Below are positions 27,588 through 36,051 of a stretch of 44,122 nt of DNA, in pieces. This stretch comes from an uncultured Acidobacteriaceae bacterium. Its GTDB lineage: Bacteria > Acidobacteriota > Terriglobia > Terriglobales > Acidobacteriaceae. The DNA lies in NCBI GenBank assembly GCA_964521445.1, contig CAZFRV010000174.1:1-44122 (forward strand). Reading direction: 5' to 3'. Under the pieces are notes generated by a model. It saw only the letters and a program-made list of their open reading frames with translations, searched no databases and had not been told where the DNA came from. A program made the translations under genes and the position numbers. How positions within the stretch are numbered: position 1 is the first letter of the stretch; each line of letters starts with the position of its first letter.

Positions 27588-27821
27588 CTACGGATTTTTT
27601 GGCTTCGGGCGCGCGTAGTTCTCCATCTCCGCGGTCCAATGAAGGAACCGTGCCAACTGTTTCCGCTCGCGGATCATGAAGCCCCAGAATTCGAGGAAGC
27701 CGATCTTGTCCATCTTGAGTCCGGAATAAGTCTCCATGCGCCAGCGCAAATAAGGGCTTCGCCAGGGAGCAAGATGGTGGCCGCGGGTTGCGTTCCAGAA
27801 GAAACGCAGGAGTTTACGCAT
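27588..27821 (-). CDS. Small Trp/Arg-rich hypothetical protein (77 aa)
   Basis: This ORF sits between the SAM-hydrolase-family gene and the AKR gene on the same strand, and its stop is 18 nt before the AKR start. Sequence RFFWNATRGHHLAPWRSPYLRWRMETYSG. No family assigned. Confidence 0.4.
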   Translation of the reverse strand: MRKLLRFFWNATRGHHLAPWRSPYLRWRMETYSGLKMDKIGFLEFWGFMIRERKQLARFLHWTAEMENYARPKPKNP

Positions 27822-27971
27822 GCTTCAGACAGTATAACAACGCCTCAAGGGTTCGGCTCCAATCTCGCGACGGCGGTGATTCGGAGGTACCAAGTCTCCG
27901 GACCGGGCAATCCGAGAACGCGAACCAGCGGGCCATGACCTGTCACACCTTCGCCAACCCACAGGGCGCCG

Positions 27972-28775
27972 CTACTGGAGCGTCACGCTGACTTCGGCGC
28001 CCTTGTCAGCTCCGGCCAGGCGCGAGGCCGAGCCCTTGTTGGCGGAGATCTCCAGGAATCCGCTGCTGCCTAGAAGGGCGAAGATCTCGCCGGGCGGACG
28101 CTGGGAATAACTGTCGCACAGATGCGTGACTTCGGCTTTACCGACGGTGATCTTGAAGGACTGGGCTGAGCCGTTAAAGAGTTCGGGGATATCGTTGGGC
28201 GTGATGTTGGTGATCAGATTGCCAAACTTATCTGTCTTGAGGACGGCGGCCTTCCAGGCATTGGGTCCGGCGGGTTTGGGTTTGGGAGCGAGGAAGCGCA
28301 CGTAGTCGCTGATCTCCTCGCCGAACTTGGCGAAGTCCACGCCCTTGCTGAGATACGCAGCTACCGGGGCAAAGATATCGCGCCCATGAAAAGTGTTGCT
28401 CACCGGCTGATGGAAATAATGTTCTGAGGTAATATGGCGCACGCTCACGCGCTCCTCCCGCTCGTAGACCAGGGAAAGCACGCCGTTATCGGGAGCCACG
28501 AATTGGTACATGCCGGCGCTGACCACGATGGGCCGGCGCGGACCGCCAACGCCGGGGTCGACCACCACCAGATGGACAGTGTCCTTTGGGAAATAATGGT
28601 ATGCCTGGGAGATGGCCAACGCGCCATCCAGAATATCGTACGACTGGACCGTGTTGGTAATGTCCACCATGGCGACGTTGGGGTGAATGCTCTGAATAAC
28701 TCCTTTCATTGCACCCACATAATGCTCCGTCAAACCGAAGTCGGTGGTTAAGGTAATCAGTCTTTGAGTTGGCAC
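27972..28775 (-). CDS. SAM hydroxide adenosyltransferase / SAM-dependent chlorinase-fluorinase family (DUF62) protein
   Basis: 267 aa with a GTG start. Has ITLTTDFGLTEHYVGAMKGVI and LVVVDPGVGGPRRPIV, typical of PF01887-type proteins. Confidence 0.85.
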   Translation of the reverse strand: MPTQRLITLTTDFGLTEHYVGAMKGVIQSIHPNVAMVDITNTVQSYDILDGALAISQAYHYFPKDTVHLVVVDPGVGGPRRPIVVSAGMYQFVAPDNGVLSLVYEREERVSVRHITSEHYFHQPVSNTFHGRDIFAPVAAYLSKGVDFAKFGEEISDYVRFLAPKPKPAGPNAWKAAVLKTDKFGNLITNITPNDIPELFNGSAQSFKITVGKAEVTHLCDSYSQRPPGEIFALLGSSGFLEISANKGSASRLAGADKGAEVSVTLQ

Positions 28776-29244
28776 AATTTCGCTCCCAAGCGCGAGCAGG
28801 CAATGGGGCGAAGGTATCGCGTGCCTCCGTGCGAAGTCAAGTTACCTTGGCAAACCCCGGCCTCGCGAGCCGCCCACCCAACAGCCGTATTTTTAGCCGC
28901 ACCCGGCGATTTTCTGAATCCGGAAATTTTTTGCGACACCCACGGAAAAGAGGCCGCCTTAGGTTAGGTTGTGTGTAATGGCTGTCAAGGAACCAATACA
29001 GCCAGCCTGAGTCCAGCGGAACCCAGTACGTCATGCAGACAGCAGTGCTCGCCAATTCTACCTTCCTGCAGTTGAGAAAACTCTCTGTGCGTATTTCGTC
29101 GCCGAAACCATGGCTGGGTGTGATTCATGTTTCGCCGTCCCGGCGGCGAGTGCCCGGGGACAGCTTGCGTGGGCGGGGAGCGCTGTTGCCGCCTCCCTGG
29201 CTTGTCTGGAAAGTCGAGGATAGAACTCTGCCGTTGGAGGATGC

Positions 29245-30231
29245 ATGGCACGCGAAAGACTGAAGTATGGTGCCGGATTTGGGGAGTTGGTGGGAGAGTC
29301 AGCGCCGATGCAGAGGCTGTATCGGTTGATTGCCCGGGTTTCGTCCAGCAAGCATCCGGTGCTCCTCCTGGGAGAGCGTGGGAGCGGTAAGTCGGCGGTG
29401 GCTCGTGCCATCCATTCTCATGGATTGTTCCCGGAACGTCAGTTTTTGATGGTGGACTGCGTCGTGGCAGGCGCGGCCTTGGCGGAGAGTGAGGTGTTCG
29501 GGCTGGGATCGAATCGGCCCAAGGATGGGTCTCAAGCCGGCCCGCCAGGCACACTCTTTCTGCGCGAGGTTTGGGCCATGCCTCCCATTGTCCAAGCCCG
29601 ACTCGTGCGCGCTTTGCAGGAGCGGGACATCCGCGCTATGGACGGCGAAAGAGCCTCCATGGGAGAGGCGCGTATTATCGCCGCCAGCAGCCGCGACCTT
29701 GACCTGGCCGTCCAGCAAGGGACCTTCCGGCGCGATCTCTACGTTCGATTGAATGTGGTGAGCCTGCAATTGCCTCCCCTGCGCGACCGCAAAGAGGACA
29801 TCGTTCCGCTGGCGGAACACTTCCTCGCGAAGGCCTCTTCCAGCAAGGGTACGCGTTATTCCCTCAGCGCTGAGGCCATTGATGCTCTTATGAATCAGGG
29901 TTGGCCAGGCAACGTGGCCGAGCTGAAAGACTGCCTGGAGTACGCGGTGGCCGCTTCCGCGGGGCCAGTCTTGAGGAGGGAAGATATGCCCCTCAAGTCC
30001 CAGCATGGGGAGCCTGCCGCCGAAGCCAGCGCCCCATCCCCCCAAGGCAGCAAGATCCTGCCGCTGGCGGAGGTGGAAAAGCAGACCATTCTGCGCACGC
30101 TCGAGCGCCTCAACGGCGACAAAGTGATGACCGCGCGGATGCTGGGGATTGGCAAGACCACGCTCTACCGCAAGCTGAAAGAATACGGAGCCAACGACTC
30201 CTGGATCGGCCGTCCCGCTCACAATCGTTGA
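29245..30231 (+). CDS. Sigma54-activator-like AAA+ / Fis-HTH transcriptional regulator. It has no N-terminal sensor domain, and its GAFTGA and Walker B motifs are degenerate.
   Basis: GGAGG RBS followed by ATG 29245. GESAPMQRLYRLI, Walker A GERGSGKS, FRRDLYVRLNV, PPLRDRKEDI, WPGNVAELKD, C-terminal HTH MTARMLGIGKTTLYRKLKEYG. The segment ESEVFGLGSNRPKDGSQAGPPGTLFLREV replaces the canonical ESELFGHEKGAFTGA...GTLFLDEI. Confidence 0.8.
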   Translation: MARERLKYGAGFGELVGESAPMQRLYRLIARVSSSKHPVLLLGERGSGKSAVARAIHSHGLFPERQFLMVDCVVAGAALAESEVFGLGSNRPKDGSQAGPPGTLFLREVWAMPPIVQARLVRALQERDIRAMDGERASMGEARIIAASSRDLDLAVQQGTFRRDLYVRLNVVSLQLPPLRDRKEDIVPLAEHFLAKASSSKGTRYSLSAEAIDALMNQGWPGNVAELKDCLEYAVAASAGPVLRREDMPLKSQHGEPAAEASAPSPQGSKILPLAEVEKQTILRTLERLNGDKVMTARMLGIGKTTLYRKLKEYGANDSWIGRPAHNR

Positions 30232-30328
30232 CGGCCGCGAAGCCTCTGCCACCTGCCAAAGACAACTCCGCTTGGGGAAGCGGCCTCTCACAAATCGAGA
30301 GCTGCACCTGGAGCTCCCAAGGGAACCT

Positions 30329-30475
30329 ATGCTTTGGACCATTTTCGCGATCCTGATCGTTCTCTGGCTTCTTGGTTGGGGATTCCACGTGGCCGGCAGC
30401 ATGATCCACCTGCTGCTGGTGATCGCTCTCATCGTGGCCGTCATTAACCTGGTCAGCGGCCGCAAGACTGTCTAG
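30329..30475 (+). CDS. Lmo0937-family small membrane protein (48 aa)
   Basis: MLWTIFAILIVLWLLGWGFHVAGSMIHLLLVIALIVAVINLVSGRKTV matches the two-helix Lmo0937-type pattern (MLWTI...LWLLG...IHLLLVIA...GR). The ORF-track start at 30272 is probably too early. Confidence 0.6.
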   Translation: MLWTIFAILIVLWLLGWGFHVAGSMIHLLLVIALIVAVINLVSGRKTV

Positions 30476-30759
30476 AAAAGCCTGCAAGATGTGCAGTGAT
30501 AGACGCGGGCAATGTCCTGGTCCCTCAACGGGCCCACTCCTGCATTCGTGATTGAACAGCCGAGGTTCGATTCAAGTGTTTTGTTGTGCTTACACTCTCG
30601 ATGGGTTGTCATGCGAGGAAATTGTGTGCAGCCGGTATTGAGAGCCATGAAAGAAGATCGCATCGAGTTCTCGAAGACATCCCAAGTACCTTGTGCCGAT
30701 TCTAACCCACTAATTCCACCTCTCCCCGTGGAACAAATGTAAAACCGGGTTTCAGGAGA

Positions 30760-31563
30760 ATGGCCACAACCCAGACCAATGTGATGACCTATGAGGGCGC
30801 AAAGCCGGCACTCGATGGGAAACAGTTGGCTCGCCGCATCGTCGAGTTGGGCGATTGGTTTCATAACATCGATCTCAACGGCGTGATGACTGCCCCAGAC
30901 CACTTCCTGGGAGACTTTCCCAGAGTCAAGTGGAAACAGATTGCGGCCGGAATTCCCCAGGACCTTTCCGGAGCCACGGTCTTGGATGTCGGTTGCAACG
31001 CCGGATTCTACTGCCTGGAGCTCAAGAAGCGAGGAGCTAGCCGGGTCTTGGGAGTGGACGTGGATGATCGCTATCTTCAGCAAGCCCGGTTTGCCGCCGG
31101 CGTCCTGGGTTTGGATATCGAGCTTGAGAAGTGCTCGGTCTATGACGTGGACCGGATTTCCGGCCAATTCGATTACGTCCTCTTCATGGGAGTTTTTTAT
31201 CACTTGCGCTATCCGCTCTTCGCTTTGGACAAGGTCATCACCAAGGTCCGCCACAAGTTGATTTTTCAGACCATGGTGCGCGGGTCCGTGGTGAGTCCGG
31301 AGTTGCGCGAGGACTATCACTTCTGGAACAAAGACGTGTTCAACAATCCGGATTTCCCCTGCATGTACTTCATAGAAAAAAAATACGCCGGCGACCCCAC
31401 CAACTGGTGGATCCCCAACCACGGCGCCATGGAAGCCATGCTGCGCAGCTCCGGTTTGGAAATAGAAGCTCATCCCGAGGAGGAGACGTGGTTTTGCCGT
31501 CCGGTCCAGGTCACAAGAGAGGGGAAGACGATTCTTGACCATGAACTCGCGGGGACTTTATGA
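30760..31563 (+). CDS. Class I SAM-dependent methyltransferase (DUF1698/CmoB-like; from memory the Rta_06860/TIGR04290-type family)
   Basis: 267 aa. WFHNIDLNGV..., SAM motif I VLDVGCNAGFYCLEL, GASRVLGVDVD, FDYVLFMGVFYHLRYP, NWWIPN. Confidence 0.85.
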   Translation: MATTQTNVMTYEGAKPALDGKQLARRIVELGDWFHNIDLNGVMTAPDHFLGDFPRVKWKQIAAGIPQDLSGATVLDVGCNAGFYCLELKKRGASRVLGVDVDDRYLQQARFAAGVLGLDIELEKCSVYDVDRISGQFDYVLFMGVFYHLRYPLFALDKVITKVRHKLIFQTMVRGSVVSPELREDYHFWNKDVFNNPDFPCMYFIEKKYAGDPTNWWIPNHGAMEAMLRSSGLEIEAHPEEETWFCRPVQVTREGKTILDHELAGTL

Positions 31564-31588
31564 ACCCGCCGGCGTCCGCAGGTGGTGA

Positions 31589-32509
31589 ATGGTTGAAGCA
31601 GTAATGCTTTGGAACGAACCTAACAACTTGTCCCATTGGGATTTCAAGGCGGACTCCCAATGGAAGCGGTTCGCCGAGATGGTGATTACGGCAAGCCGGG
31701 CGCTGCGCCGCGAGAATCCGCAACTGCCGTTGGTGCTGGGAGGCATCTCCCCCATCGATCCAAATTTCATCGCGCTGATGGGCTCGCACGGCGTCCTGGA
31801 CGCCGTGGACGTAGTCGCTGTTCACGGCTTTCCCCTGGATTGGAACCACTGGAGCATTCACGACTGGCCGAAGAGGATCGACGAAATTCGTGCCGTCACC
31901 GACAAGCCGGTGTGGGTCTCCGAAGCGGGCGTCTCCTCTTTTGGCGCCGAAGAAGTGCAGGTCTTTGGATTGCGCCGCACCGCGGAGCTTCTGTTGCCGG
32001 CGGTGGATCGCGTGCACTGGTACAGCTTGCTTGATCTGCCGGCCACATGGACGGCAACCACGCGCCACAAGGAAGCGGAAGGCAGCTCCTACTATCGCCA
32101 TTACTACATGGGGCTGGTGCGCGAAGACGGAACTCCGAAAGCCGCTGCTGCCAGGTTTCCCAAAGGAATGGGCATCTGCCAGTGGTTTCACTTTGAGGAC
32201 CCGCGCCTGGAAATGGCCACAGAGTGGCTCGCGCGGCTTCAAGTGAAGTACTTGCGGACTGGGATCAGCTGGGCGGACTGGTATCGGCCGCGCGCTGAAG
32301 CCTGGTTTGATCGCCAGATGCAGACGCTGGAGCCGTTTACCACAACGTTAACCCTGTGCTTTACGCCGGAGCACCTGGGCGTTTCGCCGCACTACACCAG
32401 CCCGCCGGTGCGAATCGAGGATTTTGCCGAGTTCGCCGTGTGGGCGGCGCGCAAGTACGTTCCATCACGGAAGACATCCGAAATCCTGATAGGAGCAGAG
32501 TCAGCATGA
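31589..32509 (+). CDS. Clan GH-A-like (TIM-barrel glycoside hydrolase-like) protein, apparently circularly permuted
   Basis: 306 aa. LWNEPN lies at residues 7-12 (Glu10) and VWVSEAG at ~108-114 (Glu112). The C-terminal ~90 aa carry beta1-beta3-like motifs (YLRTGISWADW, LTLCFTPEHLG, FAEFAVWAARKY). Confidence 0.7.
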   Translation: MVEAVMLWNEPNNLSHWDFKADSQWKRFAEMVITASRALRRENPQLPLVLGGISPIDPNFIALMGSHGVLDAVDVVAVHGFPLDWNHWSIHDWPKRIDEIRAVTDKPVWVSEAGVSSFGAEEVQVFGLRRTAELLLPAVDRVHWYSLLDLPATWTATTRHKEAEGSSYYRHYYMGLVREDGTPKAAAARFPKGMGICQWFHFEDPRLEMATEWLARLQVKYLRTGISWADWYRPRAEAWFDRQMQTLEPFTTTLTLCFTPEHLGVSPHYTSPPVRIEDFAEFAVWAARKYVPSRKTSEILIGAESA

Positions 32510-33624
32510 GCCAGGATGTTCTAGTCACCGGCGGCGCGGGATTTGTGGGATCGCATCTGGTGGATGCGCTGCTTGCGTCCGGCCACCGGGTGCGGGTCTT
32601 CGACAATCTTACCCAGCAAGTGCACGGCGACAGTGTGCCTGGCTACCTTTCGCCGCACGCCGAGCTGCTGCTGGGAGACATGCGCGACGCGCTCCAAGTC
32701 CGCCGTGCCCTGGAAGGAATGGAGATTGTTGTCCACCTGGCGGCAGCGGTGGGCGTGGGCCAGTCCATGTATGAGATTGCCCATTATCTTGGCGCGAACA
32801 CGCAAGGCACGGCAGTGCTGCTGCAGGAGCTTCTAGACCGCCGCCACCGCGTGCAGAAACTGGTGGTGGCTTCTTCGATGTCGGTCTACGGTGAGGGCCG
32901 GTACCTGTGCGCTCAATGCGGTGAAGCTGCGCCGGGGCTGCGTTCCGCGGAGCAACTCATTCGCCGTCAGTGGGAGCCGGAATGTCCCAGGTGCGGCAGA
33001 GCATTGACGCCCGTCGCCACCGATGAGTCCAAGCCGCCGCAGCCGAGCTCCATGTACTCGCTGTCCAAAAGAGATCAGGAGGAAATGTGCCTCCTCTTCG
33101 GACGCACCTATGGTCTCCCAGTTGTCGCGTTGCGCTATTTCAACATCTACGGGCCGCGCCAGGCGCTCTCCAACCCGTACACCGGCGTGGCGGCGATCTT
33201 CGCCTCGCGGCTGCTCAACGGAAACGCTCCGCTGATTTTTGAGGACGGAAGACAGATGCGCGACTTCGTGAACGTGGCCGACGCGGTCCAGGCCACGCTG
33301 CTGGCCATGAAGAGTCCGGGAGCCGATGGCCAGGCCCTCAATGTCGGTTCGGGTGAGCCTGTTTCCATCCGCGAAGTGGCGGCAGCGCTGGCCGGCGCGC
33401 TCGAGAGTGAGACTGCGCCGGAGCTGACCGGAAAGTATCGTTCTGGCGACATACGCCATTGCTTCGCCGACATCGCTGCGGCAAGAAAGATGCTGGGATA
33501 CGCGCCTTGCATCAGTTTGGTCCAGGGAGTAGATGAGCTAGTGAGATGGTTGCGTTCGCAGCAACCGCAAGATCGCGCGGCGGAAGCCGTGGCCCGACTC
33601 AGCAGTTTCGGGCTCACGGCCTGA
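32506..33624 (+). CDS. NAD-dependent epimerase/dehydratase (extended SDR) with a CxxC...CxxC insertion
   Basis: ATG 32506 overlaps the upstream stop (ATGA). VLVTGGAGFVGSHL, catalytic YSLSK, and the insertion CAQCGE...CPRCG. Confidence 0.85.
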   Translation: MSQDVLVTGGAGFVGSHLVDALLASGHRVRVFDNLTQQVHGDSVPGYLSPHAELLLGDMRDALQVRRALEGMEIVVHLAAAVGVGQSMYEIAHYLGANTQGTAVLLQELLDRRHRVQKLVVASSMSVYGEGRYLCAQCGEAAPGLRSAEQLIRRQWEPECPRCGRALTPVATDESKPPQPSSMYSLSKRDQEEMCLLFGRTYGLPVVALRYFNIYGPRQALSNPYTGVAAIFASRLLNGNAPLIFEDGRQMRDFVNVADAVQATLLAMKSPGADGQALNVGSGEPVSIREVAAALAGALESETAPELTGKYRSGDIRHCFADIAAARKMLGYAPCISLVQGVDELVRWLRSQQPQDRAAEAVARLSSFGLTA

Positions 33625-33646
33625 GCCGGCGATCGCCGGGGGAAGA

Positions 33647-34750
33647 ATGAAGACGCATCAGGCCCGTTCTGTGCTGATCTTTGGCGGCGCCGGTTTCATC
33701 GGCACCAACCTTGCGCAGCACCTCCTCGACAGGACGGACGCGACGGTACACATCTTCGATAACCTCAGCCGGGCCGGCGTGCACCGCAATTTGCAGTGGC
33801 TGAGAAAGGCATCGGCGGGTTCCGGACGCCTCCGCGTGACTTTCGGCGACGTGCGCGACCCCCGCCTGGTGACGAAAGCCGTGGCCCAGGCCAGCGAGAT
33901 TTATCATTTTGCCGCGCAGGTGGCCGTGACCACTTCCATCGTTGATCCGCGCCTGGACTTCGAAGTCAACCTCGGCGGGACCTTCAACATCCTGGATGCC
34001 GCGCGCCGCGCCGGGCACCGGCCTTTTCTGCTCTTTAGTTCCACCAACAAAGTGTACGGAGACTTAGGGCTGGGTACACCGGTGGAGGGACCGAGCCGCT
34101 ACTCTTACCCTGAGCACCGCGGTGTCTCGGAATTGCAGCCTCTGGACTTTCACTCTCCCTACGGTTGCTCCAAGGGTGCGGCGGACCAGTACGTCCGTGA
34201 CTTCGGCCAGATTTACGGCTTGCCCACCGTGGTCTTTCGCATGTCCTGCATTGCCGGTCCGCGGCAATTTGGCACGGAAGACCAGGGATGGGTGGCCCAC
34301 TTCCTCTATTCCGCCCTGCAACATCAGCCGGTCACGATCTACGGCGACGGTCGCCAGGTGCGTGATGTGCTCTGCGTTCATGATCTGGTGCGCGCCTTCG
34401 AAGCCGTGCAACGTGCGCTGCCTCTGACCGCCGGCCAGACCTACAACGTGGGCGGCGGCGCCGGCAATGCCGTTTCGCTTCTGGAGTTGATCGACAAGAT
34501 CGAAAAACAGATCGGATACCGGCTGGAGTACACGCTGGAGGGCAGCCGCCCGGGCGACCAGCTCGTTTATTTGACGGACTACAGCAAGATCTCCCGGCAT
34601 ACCGGCTGGAAACCTGAAATCACTTTGCCGAAGACGCTGGAGCTTCTCCAGGAATTCTGGGAGCAGAACCAGGGAGCCCTCTCAGGCCGGCGCAAGGCGC
34701 CTCCGCGCGAAACTCTGGCCTGGGCGCAACTTTCAGGAAAAGCCGCATGA
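33647..34750 (+). CDS. NAD-dependent epimerase/dehydratase (extended SDR; CDP-paratose-2-epimerase-like)
   Basis: VLIFGGAGFIGTNLAQHL, FSSTNKVYGD, YGCSKGAADQY. Confidence 0.85.
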   Translation: MKTHQARSVLIFGGAGFIGTNLAQHLLDRTDATVHIFDNLSRAGVHRNLQWLRKASAGSGRLRVTFGDVRDPRLVTKAVAQASEIYHFAAQVAVTTSIVDPRLDFEVNLGGTFNILDAARRAGHRPFLLFSSTNKVYGDLGLGTPVEGPSRYSYPEHRGVSELQPLDFHSPYGCSKGAADQYVRDFGQIYGLPTVVFRMSCIAGPRQFGTEDQGWVAHFLYSALQHQPVTIYGDGRQVRDVLCVHDLVRAFEAVQRALPLTAGQTYNVGGGAGNAVSLLELIDKIEKQIGYRLEYTLEGSRPGDQLVYLTDYSKISRHTGWKPEITLPKTLELLQEFWEQNQGALSGRRKAPPRETLAWAQLSGKAA

Positions 34751-36051
34751 AATTTGCCCTGGTCAATCCGAACTGGGACTTCGCCGGCTCGACTTACTTT
34801 GGCTGCCGCGAGCCGCACCTGCCGCTGGAGCTGATGTTTTCCGCCGCACAGATTTGCGCCGCGGGACATGAGCCGCTGCTGGTGGATGCGCATATCGGCA
34901 AGTTGAGTCTCGCAGCTGCTAAACGAAAAGTTGATGCCTTCCAGCCGGATTTTCTGGTGATTCCCACCGCTCCGACTTACCTCTTCTGGCGCTGTCCGCC
35001 CCCGGAGCTGCGCGTGCCTATGGAATGGATGCAAGCCATGAGTCCAGAAGCGGTGAAAGTCATCATCGGTCCGCATGCCTCGGCGACGCCAGGAGCAGCC
35101 ATCCGCAAGACAGGTTGCGCCGTGGCTTTGCGCGGCGAGCCGGACCAGACGCTGGCCGAGCTGCCAAGCCGGCCCTGGAGTGAGATCGCGGGCTGCTGCT
35201 TCAGGACTGACGGAGGAATCCACCTGAGTGGATCCTTGGGCGCGGCCGACATGAACGCTTTGGCGCCGCTCGATTTTCATAACTACCACGTGGAGGCCCA
35301 CCGCCATCGCCACCATGTATTCACCGCCGATCAGGGGCTTGGTGCAGAGTTGGAATTTGCACGCGGCTGTCCCTGGACCTGCACCTTCTGCAATAAGACT
35401 CTGTTTCGCAACAAATTCCGCGAGCGCAATGTGGAGGCCGTCCTGGAAGAAGTGGATGCCCTGACGGCGCGCGGCGTGGACTACATCTATTTCATCGACG
35501 AGGTCTTCGGCGTGGGCAAGAATGTGCGGCGCCTGCTGGAGGGGATCGCCGAACGTCCGGTCAAGATCGGGATGCAGACCAGGATCGATCTCTGGGACGA
35601 AGAGACGCTGGAGCTGCTGGGGCGCGCTCATTGCATTTCCATGGAGTGCGGCATCGAAGCGATCAGCGCGGAGGGCCGCGAAGACCTGAACAAGAATTGC
35701 CACATCGATACCGGGCGCATCGCCGAGCTGCTGATCTTTGCCCGCGGGCGCATTCCCTGGGTCCAGGCGAATCTGGTCCTTACCGAGAGAGACGATCGGC
35801 AGCAGATACGGGCATGGCAAGAGCATCTTCGCGCACGCGGCGTCTGGGCCAGCGAGCCGGTGCCCATGTTTCCTTTTCCGGGAAGTCCCTTGTACGTGCA
35901 AACTTTCGGCGCGCCTCCCGATGATGAAGCCTGGGAGAGGGCCCACCACTACTACACGACAACGTTTGCCGCCAAGGGCTATAGCGACATCCAGGAACAG
36001 AAGCCGGTTCCCATCGAGGATCTGGAGAATGCATATCTTAGTCACCGCTGA
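34747..36051 (+). CDS. B12-binding domain / radical SAM domain protein
   Basis: ATGA overlap with the upstream gene. The N-terminal Rossmann-like B12-type region begins MKFALVNPNW...GHEPLLVDAH. The radical SAM cluster motif is ARGCPWTCTFCNK (CxxxCxxC). Confidence 0.85.
   Translation: MKFALVNPNWDFAGSTYFGCREPHLPLELMFSAAQICAAGHEPLLVDAHIGKLSLAAAKRKVDAFQPDFLVIPTAPTYLFWRCPPPELRVPMEWMQAMSPEAVKVIIGPHASATPGAAIRKTGCAVALRGEPDQTLAELPSRPWSEIAGCCFRTDGGIHLSGSLGAADMNALAPLDFHNYHVEAHRHRHHVFTADQGLGAELEFARGCPWTCTFCNKTLFRNKFRERNVEAVLEEVDALTARGVDYIYFIDEVFGVGKNVRRLLEGIAERPVKIGMQTRIDLWDEETLELLGRAHCISMECGIEAISAEGREDLNKNCHIDTGRIAELLIFARGRIPWVQANLVLTERDDRQQIRAWQEHLRARGVWASEPVPMFPFPGSPLYVQTFGAPPDDEAWERAHHYYTTTFAAKGYSDIQEQKPVPIEDLENAYLSHR

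Noticed and set aside
26262-27938. 558-aa + strand ORF, the longest ORF in this region
   Set aside because: It is antisense to a textbook aldo/keto reductase (26604..27569, -) and the small ORF upstream of it. Its translation is Arg/Gly/Ala/Val-rich with no recognisable motifs. This is the typical shadow ORF of a GC-rich genome.
28770-28784. TGGCAC-N5-CGCT resembling a sigma54 -24/-12 promoter near the degenerate activator gene
   Set aside because: The GG-to-GC spacing is one nt short of consensus and the -12 element is not TTGC. The TGGCAC overlaps the GTG start codon of the minus-strand DUF62 gene, and it lies ~470 nt from the nearest plus-strand start.
31376-31383. Homopolymer tracts in coding DNA (A8 at 31376..31383 in the methyltransferase; T8 at 2980..2987 in the aminotransferase) as possible phase-variation switches
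   Set aside because: The tracts are short, in frame, and encode ordinary residues (EKK and FIFF). Nothing suggests slipped-strand regulation.
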